Assembly (NCBI GenBank): GCA_052327205.1
Contig: CM126217.1
Span: 21,948,001 to 22,012,000 of the forward strand
Reading direction: 5' to 3'
Length of the DNA: 64,000 bases
Origin: Somniosus microcephalus
Taxonomy: Eukaryota
Shown here: positions 51,333 to 62,542 of the stretch, piece after piece
Layout of the letters: the number at the start of each line of letters is the position of its first letter
Position numbering within the stretch: the stretch's first letter is position 1
Made by a program: the position numbers and the translations under genes
Notes under the pieces: generated by a model
Told to the model about the DNA's origin: nothing
Seen by the model: only the letters and a program-made list of their open reading frames with translations
Database searches by the model: none

Positions 51333-51829
51333 GGCCTAGAAATTGCACCGTACCCGAATCGGGGCTGAGCCTGGTGCAGTGCACACTGCACGCGCCTAAT
51401 GAGGCTGCAGCAGGACCATGGCAAATTGGTTCGTCGGACTCGCATTTGTTTGTTACCGGTGAGCTGCGGGTGGCAATCGCAGCCCCGAGGCAGCTCGGCG
51501 GTCGCAGGGAGGAGGAGGGTGGGGCGGGAGCGCAGCAAGATCGAGCGGTGGGAGGCAGCGGGCCGTGGTTTTAACGTGGAGCGTTCTGGGTCATCCCGGC
51601 TCCACAGTAAGGTGACACATTCACAATCATAATTCCGCAAAGGGGGCCTGAAACTGGCTTTGGGTCCTCGATGTGCACGTGCAAAGGGCTTAACGCCAGT
51701 TTCAGGGGCGCGCCATGGACGCCTACGGAGGAGCCCTAACCAATCTGGCAGGCAGAATGAGCGTGTTCGTGGCATATTGGCCCATTTTACGCCTGTAATA
51801 TAAGCGCAGCTCCATCCAATTTCTAGGCC
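51333..51829. mobile_element. CpG-rich MITE with perfect 13-bp TIRs
   Basis: GGCCTAGAAATTG ... CAATTTCTAGGCC. No clean TSD (AGC vs ATT). Confidence 0.7.
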
Positions 51830-52911
51830 ATTATCTTTTAATCCCACTAAATTACTGGTTCTCAAGACTATCCCATACGGGCATCTGCTGCAAATATCAA
51901 CATGCTCTTTGGGATCCCAAGGCCACTGAAAATGTTGGCACATTCCTAGTGACCACCCCGCCCCACCACCCCCAAAACTATCGAGATGCTCCTTGAAACA
52001 TTTTAAAATATTAATATATACTTCAGGGGGTCCCCTGAAAAATTTGAGAAACTCCCAGCGTCTCAATGCACTAACTTTTGAAAGACAATGCCAGCTACCC
52101 AAAGGAAATGAGAGCTATTGTAGAAAACGTTTATTTTTTATTAGAATGCAACATGACCTGCAGTTGGGGAATTTTGCTGTATATGAAGTTCCACCATTTG
52201 GTGGGTAAGGGGAGCATTGATGTGTGTGAAGGTCTTCTCTCGCCCTGTTTTTCCCTATGTTTGTATATTCAGAGTTGAAGAAGTAAGATGTTGACAAGTC
52301 AGTAAATACAGGATAATGCTGAAAAATAAAGAATAGGGAATTCTGGAGATACCGAACCCCAGTCCCAGACAGATAGAAATCACAAGATCCCTTTGATCTT
52401 CTCTGGGGCCCGAGTTTGGAAATCTATGAGCTGAAAACATCCAACAATAGCTCTCATTTTTAAATATACCTTCTATATATTGTTTAAATGAGATGACCAA
52501 GAGTCTTTGAAAATATCATAAAGAATGATTAACACGACTTCACCAAATGTTCATGTGGCCATTGTTTTCTTGAAGGCCTTGTGAAGTTTAAAAGATTGGA
52601 TAGTATTTGGCGGATGGTTTCTCCACTGCAATGGAATGCTTCTCCAATATCCAACAAAACCGGCATGGAGGAAGGTTTCCTTGTGCCTTCTCCCAGCTAC
52701 TCCAGGAGTGCTGTTAAGCAGAGAGCTCTTCCTAAAACCACATCACTCGTAAAGCAGCTCGTGTCAAAGAACGGCGAGTTAACAAACAAATATCAACTAG
52801 TTCCAACGGATACTTTCACACTTGCGAGCAGGAAGCAAGGATTGTTAATCCTGAGTAGTTGAATTAGCAGAGACATTGGTTGAAGCATCCACATCTGGTG
52901 AATTGTGTAAA

Positions 52912-53321
52912 AAAAGAAAGACTTGCATTTATATAGCATCTTTTATGACCACCGGACGTCTCAAAGCGCTTTACAGCCAATGAAGTACTTTTGAAGTGGA
53001 GTCGCTGTTGTAATGTGAGAAACGTGGCAGCCAATTTGCGCACAGCAAGGTCCCACAAACAGCAATGTGATAATGACCCGATCATCTGTTTTTTTGTTAT
53101 GTTGGTTGAGGGATAAATATTGGCCAGGACACTGGGGCTAACTCCCCTGCTCTTCTTCAAAATAGTGCCATGGGATTTTTTACTTCCAGCTGAGAGCAGA
53201 TGGGGCCTCGGTTTAACGTCTCGATCTGAAAGACAGCCCCTCTGACAGTGCAGCACTCCCTGGAGTGGGACTATGAACCCACAACCTTCTGACTCAGAGG
53301 CAAGTGTGCTACCAGCTGACA
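52912..53321 (-). mobile_element. Deu-SINE (SacSINE1-like)
   Basis: tRNA-like head, Deu-domain-like CCCATGGCACTATTT..AAGAAGAGCAGGGGAGTT..GTGTCCTGGCCAA, and an L2-like tail ending (CTTT)n. Confidence 0.88.
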
Positions 53322-54264
53322 CCAAAGTGGTCTGATTGTTGGCAGTGTTGACAAGGTCTCCTGTGTACATGAACGTTGACTGCCATTGGAGTTTTAAATC
53401 CAACTGAGTAATTGGATATTTGATTAGAGTCCTGCCCCTTTCCTGCACAGTGCTGCAACTTCAGCGGTTGTGGATTACTGGAAATTTCAGAACTGAACTG
53501 CGCACTTCATGTTTTTTCCACACCTGAATTCATCAGGAAGCCAGCTCCTGTTACACTGCTAATTTGTGTCAAAGCAAAACAGGTTCCGCTTCTTGTTGAT
53601 GCAAAACCAGGCATTTACCCAAGGGGTCAGCCTGACACTTTTGGCTTGAGGAATGAAAGCACCTCCAGTCGGCAGTTTCATACCCTCTGGCTTCGTAGCG
53701 AATGTGGCAGAGAAAGTGCCCAGGTGGTCTAATGGACAGCCTGGGCACTGTATAAATGTAAGCAGAGTCTCTTTAATGTTACGAGTTTGTGCTTTCAAAA
53801 CATCAAGTTTATTAGTGGCGGAGCACAGCACTAAATCCCCGCAGCACACAGATCTTTCTAACCCAAGCTTTACCTCATTCGCTCTCCTTCCCTCTTCAAA
53901 CTGCAGTGTAGGCCTTGGCTCTTTCCCAAGGTTTCTTTGTTTTAAAAAAAAAATCTTGCGATATTTATTATCCAACACTCATTACTCTATACACTGCACA
54001 GAGTTCTGAAGTCATTGAAGAAATACGACTGACCATATAATTATACTCTTGTTATCGTTCATTTTATTCCATGCCAATGGAACTGCGAGCCACGAATAAT
54101 GAGACCGACCTGTGTGTTGGGTAGCATTGACTTTGTGCTGCTTGCGTGGTTCCTTCAAGCAGTTAGTCCCAACCACCCTCATCTCACTTGGCTTGTCTTG
54201 CACTCTTCAGATTTCATGGTCACTCCAGCTCTGTCACTCCTACACTAAAGGAGCGCTTTCTTCA

Positions 54265-54835
54265 CGAACCTTGGTTGGACCACACTTGGAGTACTGTGAA
54301 CAATTCTGGTCACCATATTATAAAAAGGATATAGAGGCACTGGAGAGGGTGCAAAACATATTTACAAGGATGATATGAGAAATGCGAGGTTATACCCATC
54401 AGGAAAGGATGAACAGGCTGGGCTCTTTTCTCTTGAAAATAAAAGGATGAGGGGTGACCTAATTGAGGTCTTTAAAATTATGAAAGGTTTTGATGGCGTG
54501 GATACAGAGAGAATGTTTCCACTTGTGGGGAAGAGCATAACTAGAGGCCATCAATATAAGATAGTCACCAAGAAATCAAATAGGGAATTCAGAAGAAACT
54601 TCTTTACCCAGAGAGTGGTGAGAACGTGGAACTCGCTGCCACAGGGAGTGGTTGAAGCGAATAGTATCGATGCATTTAAGGGGCGGTTAGATAAGCATAT
54701 GAGGGTGAAGGGAATAGAGGATTATGCTGATACAGTTGAATGAGAAAAGACGGGAGGAGGCTCGAGTGGAGCATAAACGCCAGCATGGACTGGTTGGGCC
54801 GAACGGCCTGTTTCTGTGCCGTGTATCCTACGTAT
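54265..54835 (+). mobile_element. CR1 3' fragment
   Basis: [13 protein letters not shown]..., RGDLIEVFKIMKGFD...FFTQRVVRTWNSLP, followed by the 3' tail. Confidence 0.92.
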
Positions 54836-55104
54836 TTCTGTGTAAGAAAGTATTCTTTGAACCTGTTATTTGTGAAGGGAGAAGTGTCAGAAGAACCGTC
54901 CATCATTTCTGTTGGGAGGATGTTCTACACAAGCAAGACATTGATGAATGTCGATGCTTTATTGAGTTGTGCGCTGACAAACAAGTGCAGAAAGGTTTGC
55001 GAAATGATGTTTCATGAAGAGGGCCTTTTTATTAAGTCGAAATCCACCAATTTATCTGTTTCTGGTTGGAGCTGTCACTTCAGAAAAAAGCAGTCCATTT
55101 GTTC

Positions 55105-55526
55105 GGCAATCATCCACCACCTTAAACATTCACTCCTCCACCACCGGCGTACCGTGGCTGCAGTGTGCACCATCTACAAGATGCACAACAGCAACTCGCC
55201 AAGGCTTCTTCGGCAGCACCTCCCAAACCCGCGACCTCTACCACCTAGAAGGACAAGGGCACCAGGCACATGGGAAAACTATCTCTTCCAAGTCCTCCAT
55301 GTCACACATCATCCCAACTTGGAAACATATCGCTGTTCCTTCATCGTCGCTGGGTCAAAATCCTGGAACTCCCTCCCTAACAGCACTGTGGGAGTACCTT
55401 CACCACACGGACTGTAGCGGTTCAAGAAGAAAGCTCACCACCACCTTCTCAAGGGCAATTAAGGATGGGCAATAAATACTCTCCTTGCTAGCGACGCCCA
55501 TACCCAGAGAATGAATGAAAAAAAAT
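55105..55526 (+). mobile_element. 3' end of a different CR1/L2-group LINE family
   Basis: HHRRTVAAVCTIYKMH...SFIVAGSKSWNSLPN C-terminus, with tail AAGGGCAATTAAGGATGGGCAATAA. Confidence 0.8.
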
Positions 55527-56057
55527 CACAGTTTAATTCCTCCAACCCCCAGTTAGTAATCATAGATAAACAGAAACAAGAAGCACAAATAGAAATGTCT
55601 TTCTGGAGCCACCTATTTCCACAAGTCTTGTTGCAATCTTTCTACCAATCTCGCTCGCATCAAGTCTTCATGATTAACAGACACAAAAAAAATTGAAGCT
55701 TTTATTTTGATGGACATTGATGAATTTTAAACTTACCGTACAATCCTTTTGAAAGGTTGCTTCAATTTCCATGCATTGATGAGAGAAACAATTGAGTGGA
55801 CTCTTTCATCAGCTTTCTCTTTTCCAAGTGGCACCATTTTTAAAGGAATTCCAGGAGCATCGTTGCCTCTCTGCAAGATGATCACTGCTGTCTCAGTGGG
55901 TTGGCTTTCAGTACCATGAATTCGCCCTCACTTCGTGAAACAAAACCAATGGTAAAATAATGCAGTTGCTGGAAGTCTTAAAGGCTGAAAATGCTGGAAG
56001 AACGTAGGAAGGTCAGTCAGCATCATGTAAAAGCCTGAAGATTGTTGTATGAACAGA

Positions 56058-56245
56058 AGCCTGCTTCGCCATTCAATTAGATCATGGCTGATCTGTACCT
56101 CAACCCACTTTAGCTCCATATCCCTTGATACCCTTACCCAACAAAAATCTTTCGATCTCAGTCTTGAAAGCTCCAATTGTCCCAAAAAGCCACAGCTTTT
56201 TGGAAGAGAGAATTCCAGATTTCTGTTACCCTTTGCGTGAAGATG
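56058..56245 (-). mobile_element. CR1 3' tail fragment
   Basis: GCCATTCAATTAGATCATGGCTGATCT...CCATATCCCTTGAT is complementary to 5990-6065. Confidence 0.8.
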
Positions 56246-56962
56246 GCCTTAAAGATCTTGCTCCACTCTGGGGCGGGGCTTGATGTTGACAACCTCACCA
56301 ATTGCTTGGCAGAGATTCAGTGATAATTGTGTAGTTTGATTCCAGCTGTATCTCTGAGCTGTGCCCCTATATTAGGAGCACAGGGTTGATTCATAGTTAA
56401 CTGACTTTTGACAGGAATATGGTGTCATTGATTTTTTTTTCCATGACATTATTGTCCCAAAGTATCGAATTTTTGTGATGTCCAAACATAAAATATAAGG
56501 TCCCCTGTGTAGCACATAAGTAGAGAATAATGGGTACGTGGAAGTGATTACAAGGCAGTGATATGATCAAGAGTTTCAGTGAACACCATAAACCTCGAGA
56601 GAAAAGCTTGAGCTGCTTATAACCGTGCTGAAGATGAGATTATAGCTTCTAAGTAACTGCAGGCTATCTATTTGTTCTAATATATATTCTAAACTCCAAA
56701 GTCCAATATTGTGCCTGTATTTTCGGAGAAGTGGTCTTGTTGCCATCAGTGGGCAGTGCACTGTGTGGTCGATGTGTAATGGCTTCTAGATTGATGGCTC
56801 AGCGTTTGTGAGCTGACAACTGGCCGTTCATCTAGAAATGTCATAGACGAGTTTCCTGGGAGGTTAGGCATCCAGTAAGTGTTAAAGCCTGTTTGTTTGA
56901 GAAATGAATCACAAGAGCCCAAAAATAAGGGACCCACTTTGCTTAATGGCTGAGTGCAGTTA

Positions 56963-57385
56963 ACATAGAAACATAGAAGATAGGAGCAGGAGTAGGCCAT
57001 TCGGCCCCTCGAGCCTGCTCTGCCATTCAATGCGATCATGGCTGATCATCCAAATTCAGTACCCGGTCCCTGCTTTCTCCACATACCCCTTGATCCCTTT
57101 AGCCTCGTTGCACCTCCCCTTCTCCCAATCTATTGCCATTCAGATAATAATCTGTCTTCCTGTTTTTGCCACCAAAGTGGATAACCTCACATTTATCCAC
57201 GTTATATTGCATCTGCCATGCTTCTGCTCAATCACCCAACCTGTCCAAATCATCCTGTAGTTTCTCAGCATCCTCCTCACAGCACACATGCCCACCCAGC
57301 TTTGTGTTGTCTGCAAATTTGGAGATATTACATCTACTTCCCTTGTCTAGATCATTAATATATATTGTGAATAGCTGGGGTCCAA
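56963..57385 (-). mobile_element. CR1 with internal deletion (tail joined to RT C-terminus)
   Basis: Tail CATAGAAA repeats at 56963. Upstream on the minus strand: ISKFADNTKLGG and CEVIHFG-like sequence. Confidence 0.85.
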
Positions 57386-59087
57386 GGTACTTTTAAGTTG
57401 TACTTTTAAATCCCAGCGACATCGCAGTGACAGTGTAACTCACGAGTCGGTTCTTGACTTGACTCAGAAGGGTAGTGACACAAGACGCCCTGATGGAGAC
57501 CGTCTCACGCCACCTTGTTTTGAGCCAGGTGGAGTACAATTGCAGGTTGGTTCTTGGGACGGAGGAGTGGGGTTCTGTCTGTTGAACCTCCTGGGCACTT
57601 TGTAAACTGAAGTTGAATTTCTTCCAATGTTTTGAGATTCCGAAACACACATGCACCAAGGCAGTTAAAATTTCTCACTCGAAGGAGAACTCTTGCTCGC
57701 GCGTGTGAGCGTGCATCTTCAGAGCTTTCTCTAGAGCCACTAGAGCCATATTCACAACCAGGTCTAAATGAGCTGTGACCGGCTGGAAATTGGCACTGCA
57801 GCTACTGATCTGAGGCAGTCTATGTACTGAAGATGCATATCAGAAGAAAGAACCATCTCAAAGTATTACAGGGAAAAACTACCATTAACTGCTTCGTGAG
57901 CACACTTATCAAGCAGTTGCTTCCTGTGTTATGGAACAGAATTACAGTGTTCTTGCTGCTGCCAGGTTCAGTGACTGCACTTTCTTTCTGACAGTTAGCG
58001 GCACAGATGTACCCTCAGAATATATCCAATGATGATACATTCTGTTACATACACAGAAGGTTCATATATATTAATAAGGAGAGTATTGCTAGGAAGGAAT
58101 CTCGTAGAGTTAGATACTGATGTTCTACATACTAGTGGCTTCATTTTAATCTTGTTGTGCGTGATATGGGAATAAGCGCACTAGTAACTTGGTCAGTGAC
58201 GCAACTGCGAACAGTTGGGGCCAGTTTTTCATTGGCTGCAAAGCTTGTGGGTATAATGAGGCCGACATGGATCCATGCAGGAAGAAGTGTTAAGTCAGGT
58301 CAGTAGGACGATGGATTGATATTTGATTGGCGTGGGGGTGCATGGCCATTGAAGCCACTTACTGTGCCCTACGGGAAGGAAGGACAGTATTATAATCTTG
58401 CCTTGTGAGCCAGCTGTATAATGTTCCCATTTCATATTGTTCTTTTGATCAGATCCATTTCCAGCTGCCTGCACTTGCTGGACCTGACGTAAAATTCATT
58501 AACCCAGCGAGGGCAGGAACTCGCCATAGCCGCACGTGCGTTTGCTGATCTGTGCATGGAGCGGGTGGTATACAGTAACATGGGGCCTAAGTGTGCTGTG
58601 GCAAGAGGCGCCTTTAAAAAGGGGCATCTACTATTCATGAAAGTCGGTTTGGGCAAGTTTTATAAAGACAGTGAGAGGTAACTTGTGCTAAAATTAATCA
58701 TTATATGATATGTGCTTGACGTTACTTGGTATGAAAACGATGCACAGCTCCATTGGCTGCTGATGCTCAGCCGGAAATAAAAGTTTGCCCATTATTTATT
58801 TTCCTGGAAGCTATGCCCCTTTAAGCTGTTTTCACACTTGTCTTCGGTATTACCAATGTAGATTTTTCATTTCGCACCCCCCAGTGCAATGAGAACAAAT
58901 GTCACATTATGCGCCGGTCTCATTAAGCTTGCAATAGAGTTTTGTGCTTTAATACATTTGAATGTAGCTTGATCCTGTGTGTGAAATCATTGTGTCAGCC
59001 TGTTGCTCAAACTGAGCGAGCCATGTGGCCAGCGGAGATTGCAAGCACAGAGCATGCAATGATCATCTTATTGAAGGAGATAGTTGA

Positions 59088-59089
<2 letters not shown>

Positions 59090-59118
<29 letters not shown>
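59090..59118. repeat. (TG)n microsatellite
   Basis: Read directly from the sequence. Confidence 0.9.
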
Positions 59119-59184
59119 ATCTACGGTTTGACTTGGAGCAATGTAGGAAGTCTGGGGAAATCATGGACATTATAGGACCCAGCG

Positions 59185-60372
59185 TTGTGTCTGTCTTCGT
59201 GGAAGAAGACGCAAAAAACTTCCTGGAAATAGTGGAGAACCAAGGCTCTAACGAGAATGAGGAACTGAAAGAAATTATTAGTATTAATAAAACAATAGTA
59301 CTGGAGAAATGAATGGGACTGAAAGCCGATAAATCCCCTGGACCTGATGGCCTACATCCTCGGGTTTTGAAAGAGGTGGCTATAGAGATAGTGCATGCAT
59401 TGGTTGTCATTTTTCAAAATTCCATAGATTCTAGAACGGTTCCTGCGGATTGGAAGGTAGCAAATGTAACCCCACTATTTAAGAAAGGAGGGAGAGAGAA
59501 AACGGGGAACTACAGATCAGTTAGCCTGACATCAGTAGTAGGGAAAATGCTAGGATCTATTATTAAGGACATGGTAACAGGGAACTTTGAAAATAATAAT
59601 AATAGGATTGGGCAGATTCGGCAGATTCAACACAGATTTATGAAGGGGAAATCGTGTTTGACAAATCTGTTAGAGTTTTTTGAAGTTGTAACTAGCAGAA
59701 TAGATAAGGGGGAAGCAGTGGATCTGGAGTATTTGGATTTTCAGAAGGCATTCGATAAGGTGCCACACAAGAGGTTATTAAACAAAATTAGGGCTCATGG
59801 GACTGGGGGTAATATACTAGCAGGGATTGAGGATTGGTTAATGGTCAGAAAACAGAGAGTAGGAATAAACGGGTCATTTTCGGGTTGGCAGGCTGTAACT
59901 AGTGGGGTACCGCAAGGATCAGTGCTTGGGCCTCAGTTATTCACAATCTACAATGATTTGGATGAGGGGACCAATGTAATATATCCAAGTTTGCTGATGA
60001 TACAAAGCTGGATGGGAATATAAGTTGTGAGGAGGATGCAAGGAGGCTTCAAGGGGATATAGACAGGCTAAGTGAGTGGGCAAGAACATGGCAAATGGAA
60101 TATAATGAGGAGAAATGTGAAGTTATCCACTTTGGTAGGAAAAATAGAAAAGCAGAGTATTTTTTAAATGGTGAGAGATTGGGAAATGTTGGTGTTGTAC
60201 ACGAATCACTGAAAGTTAACATGCAGGTACAGCAAGCAATTAGGAAAGCAAATGGTATGTTGGCCTTTATTACAAGAGGATTTGAGTATAAGAGTAAAGA
60301 CATTTTACTGCAATTATATAGGGCCCTGGTGAGACCACACCTGGAGTATTGTGTACAGTTTTGGTCTCCTTA
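59185..60372 (+). mobile_element. CR1 RT segment, frameshifted
   Basis: [38 protein letters not shown] and KCEVIHFGRKN; cut off after LEYCVQFWSPY. Confidence 0.95.
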
Positions 60373-60683
60373 CCACAAACAGCAATGTGATAATGACCAG
60401 ATAATCTGTTTTTGTTATGTTGATTGAGGGATAAATATTGGCCGGGACACCAGGGATAACTCCCCTGCTCTTCTTCGAAATAGTGCCATGGGATCTTTTA
60501 CATCCACCTGAGAGAGGAGATGGGGCCTCAGTTTAATGTCTCACTGGAAAAACGGCACCTCCGACAGTGCAGCACTCCCTCAGCACCGCACTGGAGTGTC
60601 AGCCTAGCTTTATGTGCTCAATGTCCCTGGAGTGGGACTTGAACCCACAACCTTCTGATTCAGAGGCGAGCATGCTACCCACT
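60373..60683 (-). mobile_element. Deu-SINE fragment
   Basis: Colinear with 61252-61545; it runs into the N gap. Confidence 0.88.
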
Positions 60684-60936
60684 NNNNNNNNNNNNNNNNN
60701 NNNNNNNNNNNNNNNNNNNNNNNNNNNNNNNNNNNNNNNNNNNNNNNNNNNNNNNNNNNNNNNNNNNNNNNNNNNNNNNNNNNNNNNNNNNNNNNNNNNN
60801 NNNNNNNNNNNNNNNNNNNNNNNNNNNNNNNNNNNNNNNNNNNNNNNNNNNNNNNNNNNNNNNNNNNNNNNNNNNNNNNNNNNNNNNNNNNNNNNNNNNN
60901 NNNNNNNNNNNNNNNNNNNNNNNNNNNNNNNNNNNN
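60684..60936. other. Assembly gap (253 N)
   Basis: Run of N. Confidence 1.
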
Positions 60937-61108
60937 TGCGTGTTTGTGTGTGAGTGTATATATATATATGTGTGTTCATGTGTGGGTGTGTACGTGTATA
61001 TATGCATGTGTGGGTGTGTGCATGTATATATGCGTGTGGACGTGTGTATCTGTACATGTGTGCATGTATATATGCGTGTGGATGTGTATATATGCATGTG
61101 TGTATATA
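60937..61108. repeat. Degenerate TG/TA low-complexity tract
   Basis: Alternating purine-pyrimidine sequence. Similar tracts lie at 61570-61672 and 62509-62541. Confidence 0.9.
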
Positions 61109-61109
61109 A

Positions 61110-61560
61110 AAGAAGGACTTGCATTTATATAGCACTTTTCATGACCACCGGACATCCCAAAGCACTTTACAGCCAATGAAGGAAGTACTTTTGAAGTGTA
61201 GTCACTGTTGTAATGTGGGAAACGCAGCAGCTAATTTGCACATAGCAAGCTCCCACAAACAGCAATGTGATAATGACCAAATAATTTGTTTTAGTGGTGT
61301 TGATTGAGGGGTACCAGGGACAACTCCCCTGCTCTTCTTCGAAATAGTGCCATGGGATCTTTTACGTCCACCTGAGAGGGCAGACAGGGGCTCGGTTTAA
61401 TGCCTCATCTGAAAGACAGCACCTCCGATAGTGCAGCATTTCCTCAGTGCTGCACTGGAGTGTCAGCTTAGATCTTTGTGCTCAAGTCTCTGGAGTGGGA
61501 CTTAAACCCACAACCTTCTAACTCCGAGGTAGGAGTGCTACCCACTGAGCCCCGGCTGAC
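61110..61560 (-). mobile_element. Deu-SINE (SacSINE1-like), near full length
   Basis: The minus strand begins GTCAGCCGGGGCTCAGTGGGTAGCAC and ends CTATATAAATGCAAGTCCTTCT. Confidence 0.9.
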
Positions 61561-61673
61561 ACTCTTTTATGTTTGTGTTTATCTATATGTGTGTGTGTAT
61601 GTGTGTGCGTGTGTGTGTATGTATGTATGCATGCATGTTTGTATGTGTATATGTATGTGTGCATGTATATATA

Positions 61674-62509
61674 GTGCTAAACAGTGAGGAAGATAGTAAT
61701 AGACTTTAAGAAGACATGGACAGGCTGGTGGAATGTGTGGACACATGGCAGTTGAAAATCAATGCAGAGAAGTGTGAGGTGATACATTTTGGTAGGAAGA
61801 ATGAGGAGAGACAATACAGGCTAAATGGCACAATTTTAAAGGGGGTGCAAGAACAGAGAGACCTGGGGGTGTTTGTGCACAAATATTTGAAGGTGGTAGG
61901 ACAGGTTAACAAAGCAGATAATAAAACACATGGGATTCTGGGCTTTATAAATAGAGGCGTGGAGTACAAAAAAGTCTGGACACCAAACTTTAGGAAGGAC
62001 GTGAGGCTTTGCAGAAGGTACAGAGAGATTTACTAGAATGGTTCCAGGGATGAGGGATTACAGTTACATGGATAGGCGAGAGAAGCTGGGGTTGTTCTCC
62101 TTGGAGCAGAGAAGGCTAAGAGGAGAATTGTTATGGGTATTTAAAATTATGAAGAGTTTAGATAGAGTAAATGAAGAGAAACCGTTTCCACTGGCTGAAG
62201 GGTCGATAATGAGAGGGCACAGATTTAAGGTGATTGGCAAAAGAACCAGAGGCGACATGAGGAAAAACTGTATTGTGCAAAAAAAAAAGTGGTTCGGATT
62301 TGGAATGCGCTGCCTGATAGAGCGGTGGATACAGATTCAATAGTAGCCTTCAAAAGGGAATTGGATAAATACTTGAAGGAGAAAAAATTGCAGGGATATG
62401 GGGAAAGAGCGGGGGAGTGGGACTAACTGGATTGCTCTGTGACACAGCCAGCACAGACTCGATGGGCCGAATGGCCTCCTTTTGTGCTGTACTATTCTAA
62501 GATTCTATG

Positions 62510-62510
<1 letters not shown>
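61674..62510 (+). mobile_element. CR1 3' portion
   Basis: KCEVIHFGRKNEERQY...LGLFSLEQRRLRG...; tail ATTCTAAGATTCTATGA. Confidence 0.92.

Positions 62511-62542
<32 letters not shown>

Noticed and set aside
51203-52102. 299-aa minus-strand ORF
   Set aside because: It crosses a GC-rich MITE and its flanks and has no recognisable domain.
54740-55417. 225-aa ORF, including a VSEE match to CNTN1
   Set aside because: It spans a CR1 tail, unique DNA and another LINE. There is no GP.FEEQP motif and no convincing splice sites.
59185-62510. One continuous CR1 across the gap
   Set aside because: The 61674 piece restarts upstream of where the 59185 piece ends and differs in sequence, so these are two elements.
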